Below, piece by piece: positions 1 to 12,912 of a stretch of DNA of 64,000 nucleotides. The first letter of the stretch is position 1, and the number at the start of each line of letters is the position of its first letter. The stretch is from Gracilinanus agilis (taxonomy: Eukaryota). The DNA is taken from contig NC_058132.1 in NCBI RefSeq assembly GCF_016433145.1, positions 249,324,074-249,388,073 on the forward strand, given 5' to 3'. The position numbers and the translations under genes are program-made. The notes under the pieces are model-generated. The model had not been told where the DNA came from. It was given only the letters and a program-made list of their open reading frames with translations, and did not search any database.

Positions 1-376
1 ATCTTGGAGAACAGCTCAGGCTAAATTCCAAAGAACATGCTGCTCTCTAGTAAAGAGTGGGCTCTTTGGTTACATATCTTACTGAGGGCAAGCTAACCTG
101 GCAAGACTGGAGGGTAACTAAAATTGAATGAAATAAATGGTGAAGATTTAACATTTGGAGACCATAAAAAGTCATAAACAGCCAAGGTGAACTAGATTTA
201 TACAAATATGGGGTTTATGTAGAATTCTGACAACATGAGAAGCAAAAACATTTTATATATGAGTTAGAAATAGGTTAGTGGGCAAAAGTATGTCCAAATC
301 TCCAGCTAACAAACTTCTGTGATGCTGCCAAAGGAATTGCTTTCTGTGTTAAAAACTGGTATATGACTGTGAAGAG

Positions 377-752
377 TTTTTTTTTAATTTTTTAACATTT
401 ATTAATATTCATTTTTAACATGATTTTTAACATGATTCATGCTCCTACTTTCCCCTTCACCCCCCGCTCTTCCCCCACCCATGGCCGATGCACATTTCCA
501 CTGGTTTTAACATGTGTCCTTGATCAAGACCTATTTCCAAATTGTTGTTAGTTGCATTGGTGTGGTAGTTTTGAGTTTACATCCCCAATCATGTCCTCCT
601 CAGCCCATGCGTTCAAGCATTTGTTTTTCTTATATGTTTCCTCTCCTGCAGTTCTTCCTCTGAATGTGGGTAGCGTTCTTTACCATAAATCCCTGAGAGC
701 TGTCCTGTGTCATTGCTTTCTGCTGGTACAGAAGTCCATTACATTCCCCTCA
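377..752 (-). mobile_element. L1 3'-end fragment (5'-truncated)
   Basis: Poly-T head followed by marsupial L1 3'UTR-like sequence (catgattcatgctcc...tacatccccaatcat); same motif set at 1668-2120 and 29870-30180. Confidence 0.8.
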
Positions 753-797
753 TAAGACTGTTGCTAAAATTTTATAATTCAAGGCCATGGATTCAGT

Positions 798-807
798 TGG
801 CTCGCCA
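798..807 (-). other. Putative primer-binding site (tRNA-Arg-like)
   Basis: TGGCGAGCCA 6 nt after the LTR's terminal CA; matches the first 10 nt of the complement of the tRNA-Arg 3' end (TGGCGAGCCAGCCAGGAG), then diverges. Confidence 0.55.
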
Positions 808-813
808 ATAAAA

Positions 814-1651
814 TGTAAGGGTTAAATTAGGGGTTTGACAAAATAAGAGAGCAGCTTTTAATCTTGGATTTTAATGAGAATATAGTAGAGTTGTAAATTA
901 ATATTATCCCTTTAAGCCAGAGAAAAGAAAACTTATAGTAGTTTTTAACAATTAACAATTTAGTTTTATTGAAATAGAGATAGTAAAAGAATATAGTAAA
1001 ATGAATATAGTAAAAGAGGGAAATATAGCAAAGAGGTAGAGAAAGAAATTTTCCTAATATCTATACTAGCTATCCTATAACTGCCTATAACTACTATCTA
1101 AAATTGCCTATATCTATCTATAATTGCCTATAACTACCACTAATAACAACCACCCCACAAAGTTCCAACCCAATCCAGCCAATCAAAACCAATCCAATCA
1201 GTGTTTAATCCAACCCCAATTAGGTCTATCAACAAAGATCAACCACCTCCCAAAAAGTTCAAGAAAGGGAAAAAAAAAACAAAACAAAAAAACAGCCCAA
1301 ACCAAAAGCACCAAATCCAAAAGCCAAAAAGTTCTCTAAAGGCTAAAACCCTCTCAGTAAGCTCAGGCTCACTTTTTATATTCCAGCAACTAAACATCAA
1401 CCACCAACCCAACACACTCCAAGCAGCCAATTTATCTGCAAATGCTAGCACCTGTCAGCAAATGACTACCCGCTTCTTGTCAGCAACCGACCCTGGCCTG
1501 GATTTTTATCTCCTTCTTACCTCATTTCCTGTCTCTCTGGTTTCCACTTCCTTTCACTGTGGACTGGTTAATCCCTACACATCTCTACGGTAAAAGGACC
1601 TCCAGGCCCCCAGTTAAATTAGAAGAAAGGGATTAAGAATTTCCTTTTATA
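814..1651 (-). mobile_element. ERV LTR, probably a 5' LTR, sense to MAP3K20
   Basis: Minus strand runs TATAAAAGGAAATT (decayed TG start) ... CCTTACA. TATA-like TATAAAAAG at 1380-1372, AATAAA at 970-965. 3' architecture resembles the LTR at 50664. No TSD found. Confidence 0.7.
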
Positions 1652-1667
1652 GTTGTGAATAAGAACT

Positions 1668-2120
1668 TTTTAAAAAGTTCACTTAATTAATTAATTGTTT
1701 GAGGCTATTTTTCCATGGTTACATGATTCATATTCTTTCCCTCTCCTCCCATAGCCAATAAGAAATTCCACTGGGTTTTACATGTATCATTGATCAAGAC
1801 ATTTCCATATTATTAATTTTGCATTAGGGTGCTCGCTTAGAGTCTACATCCCCAATCATATCCCCATCAACTCATGTGATCAAGCAGTTGTTTATCTTCT
1901 GTGTTTTTGCTCCCACAATTCTTTCTCCAGATATGGCTAGTTTTCTTTCTCATAAGTCCCTCAGAATTGTCCTGGATCATTACATTGCTGCTAGTAGAGA
2001 GTCCATTACATTTGATTATGCCACAGTGTATCAGTCTCTGTGTACAGTGTTCTCCTGGTTCTGCTCCTTTCACTCTGCATCAATTCCTGGAGGTTGTTTC
2101 AGTTCACATGGAACTTCTCC
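1668..2120 (-). mobile_element. L1 3'UTR fragment
   Basis: Homologous to 377-752 and to the 3' part of the L1 at 13975-14590, in reverse. Confidence 0.8.
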
Positions 2121-2149
2121 AGTTCATTTGATTAAGAACTTTTGAAAGA

Positions 2150-2375
2150 TTTGTTGGTTAGTCCTTTTCCAGTTGTGTCTGACTTTTCATGATTCCATTT
2201 GAAGTTTTCTTGGCAAAGATACAAGAGTGATTTGCCTTTCCTTCTCTAGCTCATTCTATAGGTAGGAAAACTGAGGTAAACAGGGATAAGTGAGTTGCCC
2301 AGAGGTCACACAACTAGTAAATATCTGAGGCTGGATTCGAAGTAAAAAAGATGAGTCTTCCTGAATCCAAGACCA
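2150..2375 (-). mobile_element. MAR1-type CORE-SINE (MIR core plus RTE-like tail)
   Basis: ttcttggcaaagatac...gaaaactgagg...gttgcccagaggtcacacaactag. Further copies at about 2903-3135(+), 6545-6800(+), 8820-9058(-), 27245-27465(+), 29490-29745(+), 41065-41310(-), 58985-59215(-). Confidence 0.8.
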
Positions 2376-5300
2376 ATGAAAGATTATATTTTTGTTAAAT
2401 ATCTCCTAGTTTTTTGCATAACAAGGAAGAGATCTGGAGGGACAGTCAAGATATCTAAGTTCAAAATCTAATTCTACTAGCTCTGTGTCTTTGGTCAAGT
2501 CATTTAAATTCTCAGACTTTTAACTTTCCCAATCATAAAATGTAGATGATAATTGCTGTCCAGTTTCCCTAGCAAGGTTGGCACAAGAATTTGGTAAGAT
2601 AATAGGCACAAAATCATTTTGTGAACAGTAAAAGCAAAACAAAATTAGAAAAAAATAAGTTCTCCCTTATTACTCTAAACTTGGCCCTGTCACTAACTGT
2701 GTAACCTTAGGCAGGTGATTTAACCTCTCTAAAAATGAATTTCCTCATTCATAAAATGAGAGAGTTGAACTAAATGACTTAAGGATGGAAGGGACCTCTG
2801 AGGAATCCTTCAGTCTCTTCCAGAACTTACTAACAGTTAGATCACAGAATTTCTCAAACTATAAAAACTTCTTTCTCTACCTCCATTTTTTGTTATAGGA
2901 AGCAGTTTAGTGGTTCAGTGAATAGAAAGCTGGGCCCTGCATCTGGAAGACTTGAATTCAAATTTGACCTCAGGCACTCACTAGCTGTGTGACCCTGGGC
3001 AATTGAGGGATGGAGGAGAGTGGTTCATTCCTGGTTTCAACCATAGTCAATTAACCTTTGTTTGCTTTGAAGTATCTTTGCCAAGAAAATTCCCTATGGG
3101 ATCACAAAAAATCAGACACAAATCAATGACAACAAAATTTTGATCACATACCAGCATATTTCATTTCACCCTTTCTCAAACTGCATCCTTTCCAAGATCT
3201 AAAAAGCCATTATCTTTCCACTTCACCCATTTTGCCATTCACACTAAACATACTTTTTGTCCTTATTATAAGTTCTGGGACCCTTGATTCACCCCTACTC
3301 TTACAGTCCATCTGTGGCTTCAATTGTTTCCATACATATTCTGGCTCTATAGTCTCCCTGCATCCATCATGTTTCATTAGCCATTGCCTTAGCATATCTT
3401 ATTCTGGTAATCTTCCTCCATTCTCAACCTGCACTTTGTACAATGTCTGGCACATAGTAGCCGCTTAACAAATGCTTGCTGACCATTTTATGTAATCCTT
3501 ACTTTCTAATTTCTCTGCTCTTGAGTCAAGGTTTCTGGGTAAAAATCATGAATTGAACTGATTTTAGCCATTATATATTAGTCATTCTTGATATTACTCT
3601 TGATATTTGGGCTTTCGATAATACTTAACAAGATTTCTCTATTCTTTGGGCAACTTGTCTCATTCCCTACAGCAACTGATCCAAATCTTTTCTTCTCTCC
3701 CCTCTTCCCTGATATTATCCTGACCCACATTTAAAGTATTTAATCTACTTCACAAGGAAGGCTGAAGCCAGTTATGACCATTCTTTTCCATTCCTCAAAT
3801 AGTATTTGACTCCTCTCTTAAACTGTAAGCTCCAAAAGACCTAAAATCTTATCAAATTTAAGCTTTTTCTAGCTCTGCCCACAATAAGCACTTATTGTAT
3901 ATCTAATTAAACATGCTGAATAAATATTATTAAACAGTGGAATTTACTTATATAGGATGTTTCTAAAGTCTTAGGATGGGTTTAAGCTTTAATAGCTTAA
4001 TTATTATTATTAAAGGTTATTATTAAAGCTTTAGTAGCTTTAATAGTTTAAAACTGTATTAAGAATTTGGAGATACCATGCACATTTTGCTTATTTTTTA
4101 ATAATCTCACATAAACTTTAACTAAGAATTTCACTCATACTCTTTCTCTCTCAAAAAAAAAAATCAACGAAAGAAAATGTTTTTGACTGATGATCCATTA
4201 ATAGAAACTTTCAATACCTAAAATGACCCTAATAAGTCCATATTTAAACATATCTCATCACTTGTTGCTAACTTAGCCTTAGATACTTAAATGCCTTTTC
4301 AACTCCTTCAGCCTCCTCTCCTCTTTGATTGGAGGACTGGAAGGTGGAACACTAAATTTCTCCCAATGCTTTCCTTTATGGAGGGCAGAAACTGGACTTC
4401 CAGATCATTCCACTCTTTACCTGCAGCTCTGTTTGGTGTCAACCCTATGGAACAAAGATTTTCTGGTGCCATGTACCTCTATCAGGTCGTGCCCCTTTCC
4501 CCTCTTTCCAGCTCCCTTTTGTGTGCTGTCTTCCTTCATTAAACTGTAAGCTGTAGAACAGAGGCTATCTTTTTTTTCCTTCTTATTTGTATCCCCAGCA
4601 CTTAGCATAGTGCCTGATGTTTACTGAACTGAATTGAATATCTATCTGCACACTATAAACTAGAAGGGCAGATTATTACCTCATGAAAGGACCTGAAAAA
4701 TCTGTAAGGCTTTCCTAGGATACTTAATAGTTAATATTTCCTTTTCAAGAGTTGTTGTTTTAATTTAAGGTAATTAGGAATTCCTCTATGGAATTACCAT
4801 GTCCACACTTGCTGATTCTGCTAAAAGGTTAGTTCAAAATAAAGCCAAAACCCAAACTCTTTTCAGCACTAGACTACAGGGCCAGCCAGAAGCAACCAAA
4901 TTTATTGCTAATAAAACTAGTTAATTGCACAGCATGAGGCACCCTCTCTCTATGCAAAATTACAGGTTGAAGAATTTTCAGCTACTCCAGCAATCTGATT
5001 AGCTGAACACCCCTAAGTGCTCTATAATATTACTCAACTGAGCAACAGAATTTGATTGTTTACATTCCAGAAAAGAAATGTTTGCCGCATTTGGCAATCT
5101 ACACATGGAAATCTACAAAATCACTTCAAAACTTAGGCAAACTTGATTTTTTTTTTAATCTGAAAAGTCCTGGAGCAGCCTGAGAGTTCTGATTATACCG
5201 GCTCTTGAATATCAATATATTGATCAATATATATCAATTCCTAGGCTGGAAGTAGAATGATTGTATTGATTCTAGAATAAGTTTTTGTATGGTTGAACAG

Positions 5301-5613
5301 TTACTAATGAGTAACCAAACAACTGATTGCCATTTTCTTTTTTATTAGTTGTCAATTGTAAATAGAAAAATCTTAATAAATCTCTAATAAATATGATCAT
5401 TTCTGAATTGGACAGGGCCTTAAAGTTTTCTCTCTCCTTGACTTTCAAACTCTTGACTTTATTCTTAGAGATGCTCCCTTAAATCCCTATAATCAGAAAA
5501 CAGATCAGCTTTTTATTTTCAAAAGCCTCTAGAGATGGAAGTCCTACCAACTCCCTTAGTTAGCCATTATAGTGTTTAATAACCATCACCATCAGAAAAT
5601 CTTCCCTTTTAAA

Positions 5614-5790
5614 CAAGGGTATTGTAGTGTCAACTCTATCATACTGAGAGAACTGACTGTAAAAATTTCATTGTGAGCATTCACACCCCAGAAATTAGCA
5701 TTGCTACGAATCAGGGATTGATTTATTGTTTGGTTGATTGTCTAGACTTAAGAAAGAAAACATTAATAATAAAGACTAAATTTAAAAGTC

Positions 5791-5837
<47 letters not shown>

Positions 5838-5877
5838 ATTCACAAACCACTGTTAAACATTTATCAACCCATCCCTG
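5614..5877. mobile_element. MER63-like hAT non-autonomous element containing a (TG)n tract
   Basis: aaattagcattgctacgaatcaggg...gattgtctagacttaagaaag and end ctgttaaacatttatcaacccatccctg resemble the MER63 terminal sequence. Confidence 0.55.
5791..5835 (+). repeat. (TG)n microsatellite
   Basis: About 22 TG units with one CG interruption. Confidence 0.97.
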
Positions 5878-8399
5878 CTATTTTAACTAACCCGAGTCCC
5901 TCCTGTTTGAGAAGTGAAGCCTCTTCCCTTCTCCTCATCCATTTTTGGCCAGTTGAAATGGAGAACATTTCTAATCTGCTAGTGATAGTTGGATATCATT
6001 ATTATACCTACACTTGAAGGCATTATTACATTGAATTTGAGTCTTCTCTTCAGACTGAATAATTTCAATCCTTTTAATCTTTCCAGACAAATATTTTCCA
6101 GAACTTTAATCATTTTTTGGCAAAGTCTAAACAATTACACAATATAAAAACATGCAGATGAAACATCCAAATATCTGGAGTTGTGTAGATAAAGCATCCA
6201 GATGACTGGCTAAATTTTTCTTTTTTTCTAGAAGTTTTGGAACTACATACATCCATGCCTTTGTGAACCATTTTCAAAACCTCTGTGTCACTACCTCTTT
6301 GAAGGATACAAAACTATAGGTCTTTGCATAATGAAAGGCCCAGATATCATTTACATTATTTCCTTACATCAGTATTATATTTTTTCTTCTAAACCTAACT
6401 TCTGCATTCCTAAAAAGTTTGTTACTAAAAAAAACCCATCTTCAGCTTTTTTGCCCATCATCATCCCTAATCTTTGTCTGCTGTATTTGTACATATTTAG
6501 TTCATCTTTCCTCTATATTTGTCCTTTTATTTTCTTGTAGGAAACACTGTGACATGTAGGCAGTGCTGTGAATATAGGACTGGGTGGGCATGGAGTGAGG
6601 AAGATTTGAGTTCAAATCCAACCTCAGACACTTATTAGCTATGTGACACTGAGCAAGTCACTTAATTTGTTTACCTCAGTTTCCTCATATGTAAAAGAGA
6701 AGGAAACTGCAAACCACTCCAGTATCTTTGCCATGAAAATCTCAAATAGGGTCACGAAGAATCAGACACAACTGAAATAACTAAACAGCAACACAGCAAC
6801 AACAGGCAGCATTATTGTGGATAGAGAACCTGTCCCTTGTCAGGAAAATCTACTTGGTTCAAGTCCAGTGTCTAACACATATTGTGACTGGACAAATAAC
6901 TTAATGTCTTAATGCTAAGTGTGGTCACAGACTATAATTTAAATGAAAATAAAAATGTTCAATTATAAGCATTTATTTTCTATCTTTCCCATCTCATTGG
7001 AAAAAGAAAACAAAATACAACACTCATAACAATATGCACAGTCAAGAAATATAAGTTTCAACATTAGCAATGTCCAAAAATATAAGGCTTCGTTCTACCT
7101 ATTGAGCCCATCACCCCTCTCTCAGGATACGGCTAACATCTCCGTTACAGGTGAATCATGGTTGTTTGTTGTATTGGTCAGAATTCTTAAGTTCTAAGAC
7201 TATATACTGAAGAGCAGGGATTGATTGACTGAGGAAGAGTACTCATTGGGAGTCTCTCAAATCAGTGACATCAGAGATCTGGATTTCATTCTCATCTGTA
7301 AAACTGAAGAATAATGGTTGCTCCATAGGAGACAACTTACAAGGTTGTTGTCTGGATTGAATCAGGTGATATACAAATTTAACAGAAAAGACTATACAAT
7401 GATTATTACCTTACATTAGTTCTTATTGATTTTCATTTTTAAGTTTATGATAGTTCCTTTGAATTCCTATTATTTCTATAAAATATTCTATATAGTGAAA
7501 GTCTAATCTAAAGAAACTAGAAAAGATTTTCTATCCTCAAAACAGAAACACCACTCCATCATGGTGAAGAAAGGAAAATAAGCATTGATATGGTACCTAC
7601 TTTGTACCAGGCACTGTGCTAAGTGCTTTATAAATATTATCTCATTTGATTCTCACAACAACTCTGCAAATTAGGTGCTGTTATTATCCCATTTTATAGT
7701 TGTCAAAAAGGAGGCAAAAAGAGTTGGATTTGAACTCAGGTCTACCTGACTCCAGGCCTGGAGTTCAATCCACTATTCCACCTAACTGCTTGACCCGTGA
7801 AATCTATGCTAACCTTATTGGTGGATATGTAGAATAAAAAGGTACTTTAAAGAATTAGACCAGCTCAATGCTGCATTAACAGTTTAACAAATACTTACTA
7901 AATTCTTGTTATGTGCAAGACACTATTTGAAGTCTTTTGGTAAATAAAAAGCTGTCTCTCCTTAGCCTTTTCTAGGTTAAAACCCTGTTTCTCAGTTTCC
8001 TTCCACCTCTAAATTTGTGATTTATGCTATTTAGTCATTTCTCATATATCATGGATTTCAGACACATTAGTTAGCCAATATCGTCCTCTCAATAATCTTT
8101 ATTTGTCACATTTAATTGTGACACCCATGCTTGGACACAAAATTACAAACCTGGTCTAACTGATACACAATGCCTTAGGGTTATTAACTCCCTTGATCTA
8201 GATATTATTTTAGGAGCTCATTTCTCACTTCTTAAAGTTAAAAAAATTCATAACTTCGTAGAAAACCTAATATTGCCTTGTTTTCTCAAATTTTGCATGC
8301 TTTTCAACTGAATAGCTTGGAAATTTTTTACATGCACAGATCAAGCCAATTCATCTATTTTTACCTAAAGTAAAGTATCTGTTCTCCTACTCCCTCTCT

Positions 8400-8700
8400 T
8401 CTCTTCTATCCCCACAGAAACTGTTAGCTCAAAAGTCACCAAACCACCTTCTAATCTCCAAATTCCATTAACTTTTCTTTTCTAGTCTTCATCTTCTTTG
8501 ACATCTGAAGCATAGGAACCACTGACCATCTCTTTTCTTCTTTGCAAGTTTGAGGGTTTTTCCTATTTGAGTACTTTTTGTGGGGGGAGATCTCCTTTTC
8601 TTTCTCTTGGTCACTTGGGATGGATGTTCCCCAAAGAGCTACCATTTCTTTCTTTATTGTTCCTTTGAACAATTTCATTCGTACTCACTTCAGTTAAGAA
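8400..8700 (+). mobile_element. L2 LINE RT-region fragment
   Basis: gtcttcatcttctttgacatctgaagcataggaaccactgaccat is a decayed VLILLDLSAAFDTVDH motif. L2 3' ends also at about 3440-3485, 4495-4638, 20400-20545, 20930-21065, 48750-49320 (+). Confidence 0.65.
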
Positions 8701-9357
8701 CCACTAGTGCTTTTTATTGCTATTAATCTCTATATTCTCAATATATTCTATAATATGTAATATAAAATATACCACATTATATATAATGTATAACATATAA
8801 TAATAGAATGTATATTACATATTGTTCAGTCATGACTGACTCTTTGTGACTATAGCTGGTGTTTCTCCACAAAGAAAATGGAGTGGTTTGCCATTTCCTT
8901 CTCCAGCCCATTTTACTGATGAAGAAACTGAGCCAAAAAAAAGTTAAGCAATTTGCCCAGGGACATGAAGCAAATGTCTGAGGCCAGATTTGAACTCACA
9001 AAGTCGAATGTTTCTGACTCCAGGCCTGCCACTGTATCTACTGAATCTCCTAGTTGCCTATAAATTTAATATATATTCAATGTCTCAGTCAAGTCACAAG
9101 GTACAATGGAAAGACCAGGACAAAGGACCTGTTTTTGAATTCCAGTTCTCTTGGTTGCTACCTGTTGGAACCTGGGCAAATCACTCAGTCTATTTGGGTT
9201 TCAGTTTCATCATCTGTAAAATGAACATTTCCAAGGTTCCTTCTACCTTTCAACCCTATTAATGTCTCTACTTCTAATGCTACTAGTCTTAAAATATGTC
9301 TTGATTGTGATTTCCTTGGACAGTTACAAGAGCCTATAAAGTATCTTCCCACTAGAA

Positions 9358-9551
9358 CAGTGATTCCCAAAATGGGCGCTACCACCTCCTGGTGGGTGCT
9401 GCAGCGATCCAGGGAGGTGGTGATGGCCACAGGTGCATTTATCTTTCCTATTAATTGCTATTAAAATTTTTAAAAAATTAATTTCCAGGGGGCTAAGTAA
9501 TATTTTTTTCTGGAAAGGGGGCGGTAGGCCAAAAAAGTTTGGGAACCACTG
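9358..9551. mobile_element. hAT MITE, family B (194 bp)
   Basis: TIRs CAGTGATTCCCAAA / TTTGGGAACCACTG; 8-bp TSD cactagaa/cactagag; near-identical copy at 59623. Confidence 0.92.
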
Positions 9552-10331
9552 CACTAGAGCATAGATTTAGAGCTGAAAGGAACCTTGGAAGTGATCTCAT
9601 CTAATTCACATATTTTATAAATGGAGAAACAGAGATCAAAAGACATGAAGTAACTGGGCCAAACTGGGATTTGAATTCAGGTTCTCTTCCTCCTAATCTA
9701 ACATTCTTCCAAGTTACCCCTTCCCATCTATCCTGGTAAATTATACTTATACCTTGGACTACTCATATTATTCATTTGCTCAAAATTTTTCAGTAGCTCT
9801 CTTTTGGCTAAGCAAAGAGAGAATCCCATTCTTAGCATTCAAGGCCCTACAGAATTTCATAGCACCTCACCTTTTTAGTCTTATTTCATACAGCTGTCCC
9901 CCATGTTTGCTAGGTTCCAATAATTTGTCATTGCTGTGCCTTTGTTCACAATCTTTCTTATTACTGAAATATCATTCTTCCCATTCCCCAAAGAATAATT
10001 CAATGCATGTAATTGATGAACCTTTGGCCAACATCCTCTCCTCACTCTCATTTTATCACAATCAGAAATAGCCTCTCCCATCTTCCTCACCCCCACCCTA
10101 GGCCAAATATTAGTTTCTTGGAGTTTTATTGTGGGTGTCATTTCTTCTTTAGACTACAAAATACATAAGGACAGGAACCTATTTTTACCTAAAGTAAACT
10201 TTATATCTTATTCAGTGCTCTCACTTAAATAGACTTTTTCTTAATGGCTGAGACTCTTCTATCAGTTAAACATATAATTGACTTATTAAAGCCTAAAGCC
10301 TACCCCTATTTACCTTTATCTTGTTGTAGTC

Positions 10332-10535
10332 CAGTGATGGGCAAACTTTTTAAAGAGGGGGCCAAAGGAAAGGAAATGCTCATCTGTTAGTCTGTTTCTA
10401 AGGCAAATCTCTCGAAGTTTCATTGTATTATATCCTACTCATTGTATTTGTCAGATTAGGAATAATGTCACAAGGCTGAATAGAACATTTCAGGGAGTCC
10501 CATCTGGCCCATTGGCCATAGTTTGCTCACCACTG
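10332..10535. mobile_element. hAT MITE, family C (204 bp)
   Basis: TIRs CAGTGATGGGCAAAC / GTTTGCTCACCACTG; TSD degenerate (ttgtagtc left, tgtag core on right). Confidence 0.85.
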
Positions 10536-11356
10536 CAGTGTAGGACCTTATTCTAACTTGTTGGCTTCTTTTAAAATCCATTTTCTTCCCTCTGCTGTTA
10601 TCATTGTTGTGCCAACTGTAGACTTGATCAGAATACCTTCTATAGGTTCATTCGAACTACTGACAAAATATTTTTAATAGAATGAGGCTGAGGAAAGAAA
10701 CCTGCCACTTACTATTAGTGACCTCCATACAAATTAGCATTCATCTAAATAAACTTCTTTGATTATAGTTATTTAATCAAATTAAGACTTCAGCAAATTC
10801 TGCTCTCATATCCAGCCTTCACTGTTCCATTCTGCCCAAAGTTATAGACACCCATTATAAGTAAAGCCTCAGGGGAAAAAAAAGACTGGTTCTTAATATC
10901 TGGAGACCCACACTAACATATTAATTCTGCATAAATACCATCGATCAGACAATCAACCACCAAGAATTTATAGCTCTTGTGTATTTGTCTATTAAGTGTC
11001 TACTATGTTCCAGGCATTGTGTAAAGTACTTGGTTTATAGTACAAAAATAAGCTCTTATCTTGGAAGCTTATATTCTACTGATACCATGAACAGAATATA
11101 TCTATGTTTCAGGAAGGAATTTTATCAAATATCTAAAGACTTATGTGTGAGCATCAATAGGTAGTTTTGGGACCAGTTGAAAAACTGGCTGCAAACTATT
11201 ATTGCAATAATAGAAGGTCTCTAGTAGAATGTTATAGGGCTCTCTTTGATACGGATCAACATTTCATCAGTGATTTTGATAAAGATATAGAAGCATACTT
11301 ACCAAATTGGGAATGATGTGTGTGTGTATGTGAGGGTGGATCTCAATAGGTTAGAG

Positions 11357-11563
11357 CAGGGGTCGGCAACCTTTTTGGCCATGAGAGCCATAAAGGCCAC
11401 ATTTTTTAAAATGTAATTTCATGAGAGCCGTACAGTGCTCACAGTGTGCGCTCCTGTAACAGTGCCTGAAAAAACATTGACTTTATGGCTCCTGCAGAAA
11501 GAGCCATATCTGGCCCTCAAAAGAGCTACATATGGCTCGAGAGCCATACGTTGCTGACCCCTC
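11357..11563. mobile_element. hAT MITE, family A (207 bp), inserted in an L3/CR1 relic
   Basis: TIRs CAGGGGTCGGCAAC / GTTGCTGACCCCTC; perfect 8-bp TSD GGTTAGAG (11349-11356, 11564-11571); inverted second copy at 17194. Confidence 0.95.
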
Positions 11564-11599
11564 GGTTAGAGAGATGAACTAACAGGATGAAATGTAATA

Positions 11600-11880
11600 A
11601 TCAACAGACACTAATTGTTTACTACTATATGCCAGGCACTGTTCTAAGTGTTGGGACAGAAGCAAAAGACAATTCCTGTCCTCAAGGAGCTTACAATCAA
11701 ATGGGAAAGACAACCTGCAAACAAATATATCAAAGTACATTATATACAGGATAAATAGGGGATATCTAAAGAGAGAAGATACTAGAATTAAGAAGGATTG
11801 GGGAAGGCTTCTTACAGTAGGTAAAATTTTAGTTGGGACTTAAAGAAAGCTAGGGAGGTCAGTAGTCAGAGTGGAGAAGG
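11600..11880 (-). mobile_element. L2 3' fragment
   Basis: actactatatgccaggcactgttctaagtg...cctgtcctcaaggagcttacaatc. Similar minus-strand L2 pieces at about 54790-55110 and 60350-60850. Confidence 0.75.
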
Positions 11881-12239
11881 CTAATTATGAAGTTCTGTTT
11901 CCCATTAAAGTCTTACTCTGAGCCTTCATCATGTGGTTAAGGTGACCTTGTGTCATTTGTGTCATTTGTGTAGTACCAATTTGGACATGCTTTCAGTATG
12001 GGCTCTGTTGTAGATTGTAAGCCTATCATTTGAGAACCAGTTTGGTTAAATTCAAATAGACTTACTGACAGGTTGACCCAGAATAATAAACTACAGATCA
12101 CAGGAATTCTTGAATATTGTCTACTAAGTCACTGATCACAACTCTTCTATCATGGCAGAATAAAAAGCTACACAAACCAAATCATATACTGTTGAAATAA
12201 AAATTTGGGGTTCAAAAAATAAATTGCATTGGCATGGTA

Positions 12240-12912
12240 AGGATGTTCACAGAAAGCAGTTTATGTGAAAAAGACCTCAGGATTTTATTGATTTTATGAG
12301 TTAGCACTACAAAATGGCAGCCTAAAAAGATAGTATAATCTCAGGCTGCATAGATAAAAAGAATTTCTACAATGAGAGAGATGCTATACTTTGCTCTGGT
12401 CTGACCATATCTGGAATATGTTGCATTCAGATCTGAAGACTATATTGACAAGCTAGAAAGTATTCAGAGGATGGCTACCAAGATGTAAGAAGACTTGAAA
12501 CCAAGCCTTATGAAGGCTATTTAAAGTCAGAAAAAAAAGTCAGAAGATTTAGCCTGAGGAGAAAATTTAAAAGGGGACAAGATTGTAGTCTTCAAAAGTC
12601 TGATGGACTATGAAAAAAAAAAAAGAGTTAGCCTTATTCTCATTGGCCTCAGAGGGTAGAACTTGTATCAGTGAGTGAAAATTACAGGGCACAGAGTTTG
12701 GTTCAATATAAGGGAAAACTTGCCAGCAATTACAACTGTCCAAAATTGGAATAATCTGCCTCAGAATATATTATTTTTTCCATCACCATGATATTTAAGG
12801 GGAAGCTAGATGATCACTGAGGTAGGAATGTTCTTGTAGACTGTATTCATGCCTGAGACTGAAGTTGACCAAAGTTTTCTTCTAAGATCCTTCCTGAATA
12901 GAATTCTATGAT
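12240..12912 (+). mobile_element. L3/CR1 LINE 3' portion (upstream part at about 11210-11340)
   Basis: gacaagctagaaagtattcagaggatggctaccaagatg (RT C-terminal region) ending taagatccttcctgaatagaattctatgatt (CR1 tail). Confidence 0.8.

Larger units (their letters stand above)
5395..6120 (-). mobile_element. L3/CR1 LINE 3' fragment, interrupted
   Basis: ctctagagatggaagtcctaccaactccc...gtgtttaataaccatcaccatcagaaaatcttccc resembles the CR1/L3 3' region in reverse. Confidence 0.55.

Noticed and set aside
1124-1593. ORFs of 70-130 aa rich in K/Q/N/P
   Set aside because: They lie in the low-complexity interior of the LTR; no protein-family signature or splice context.
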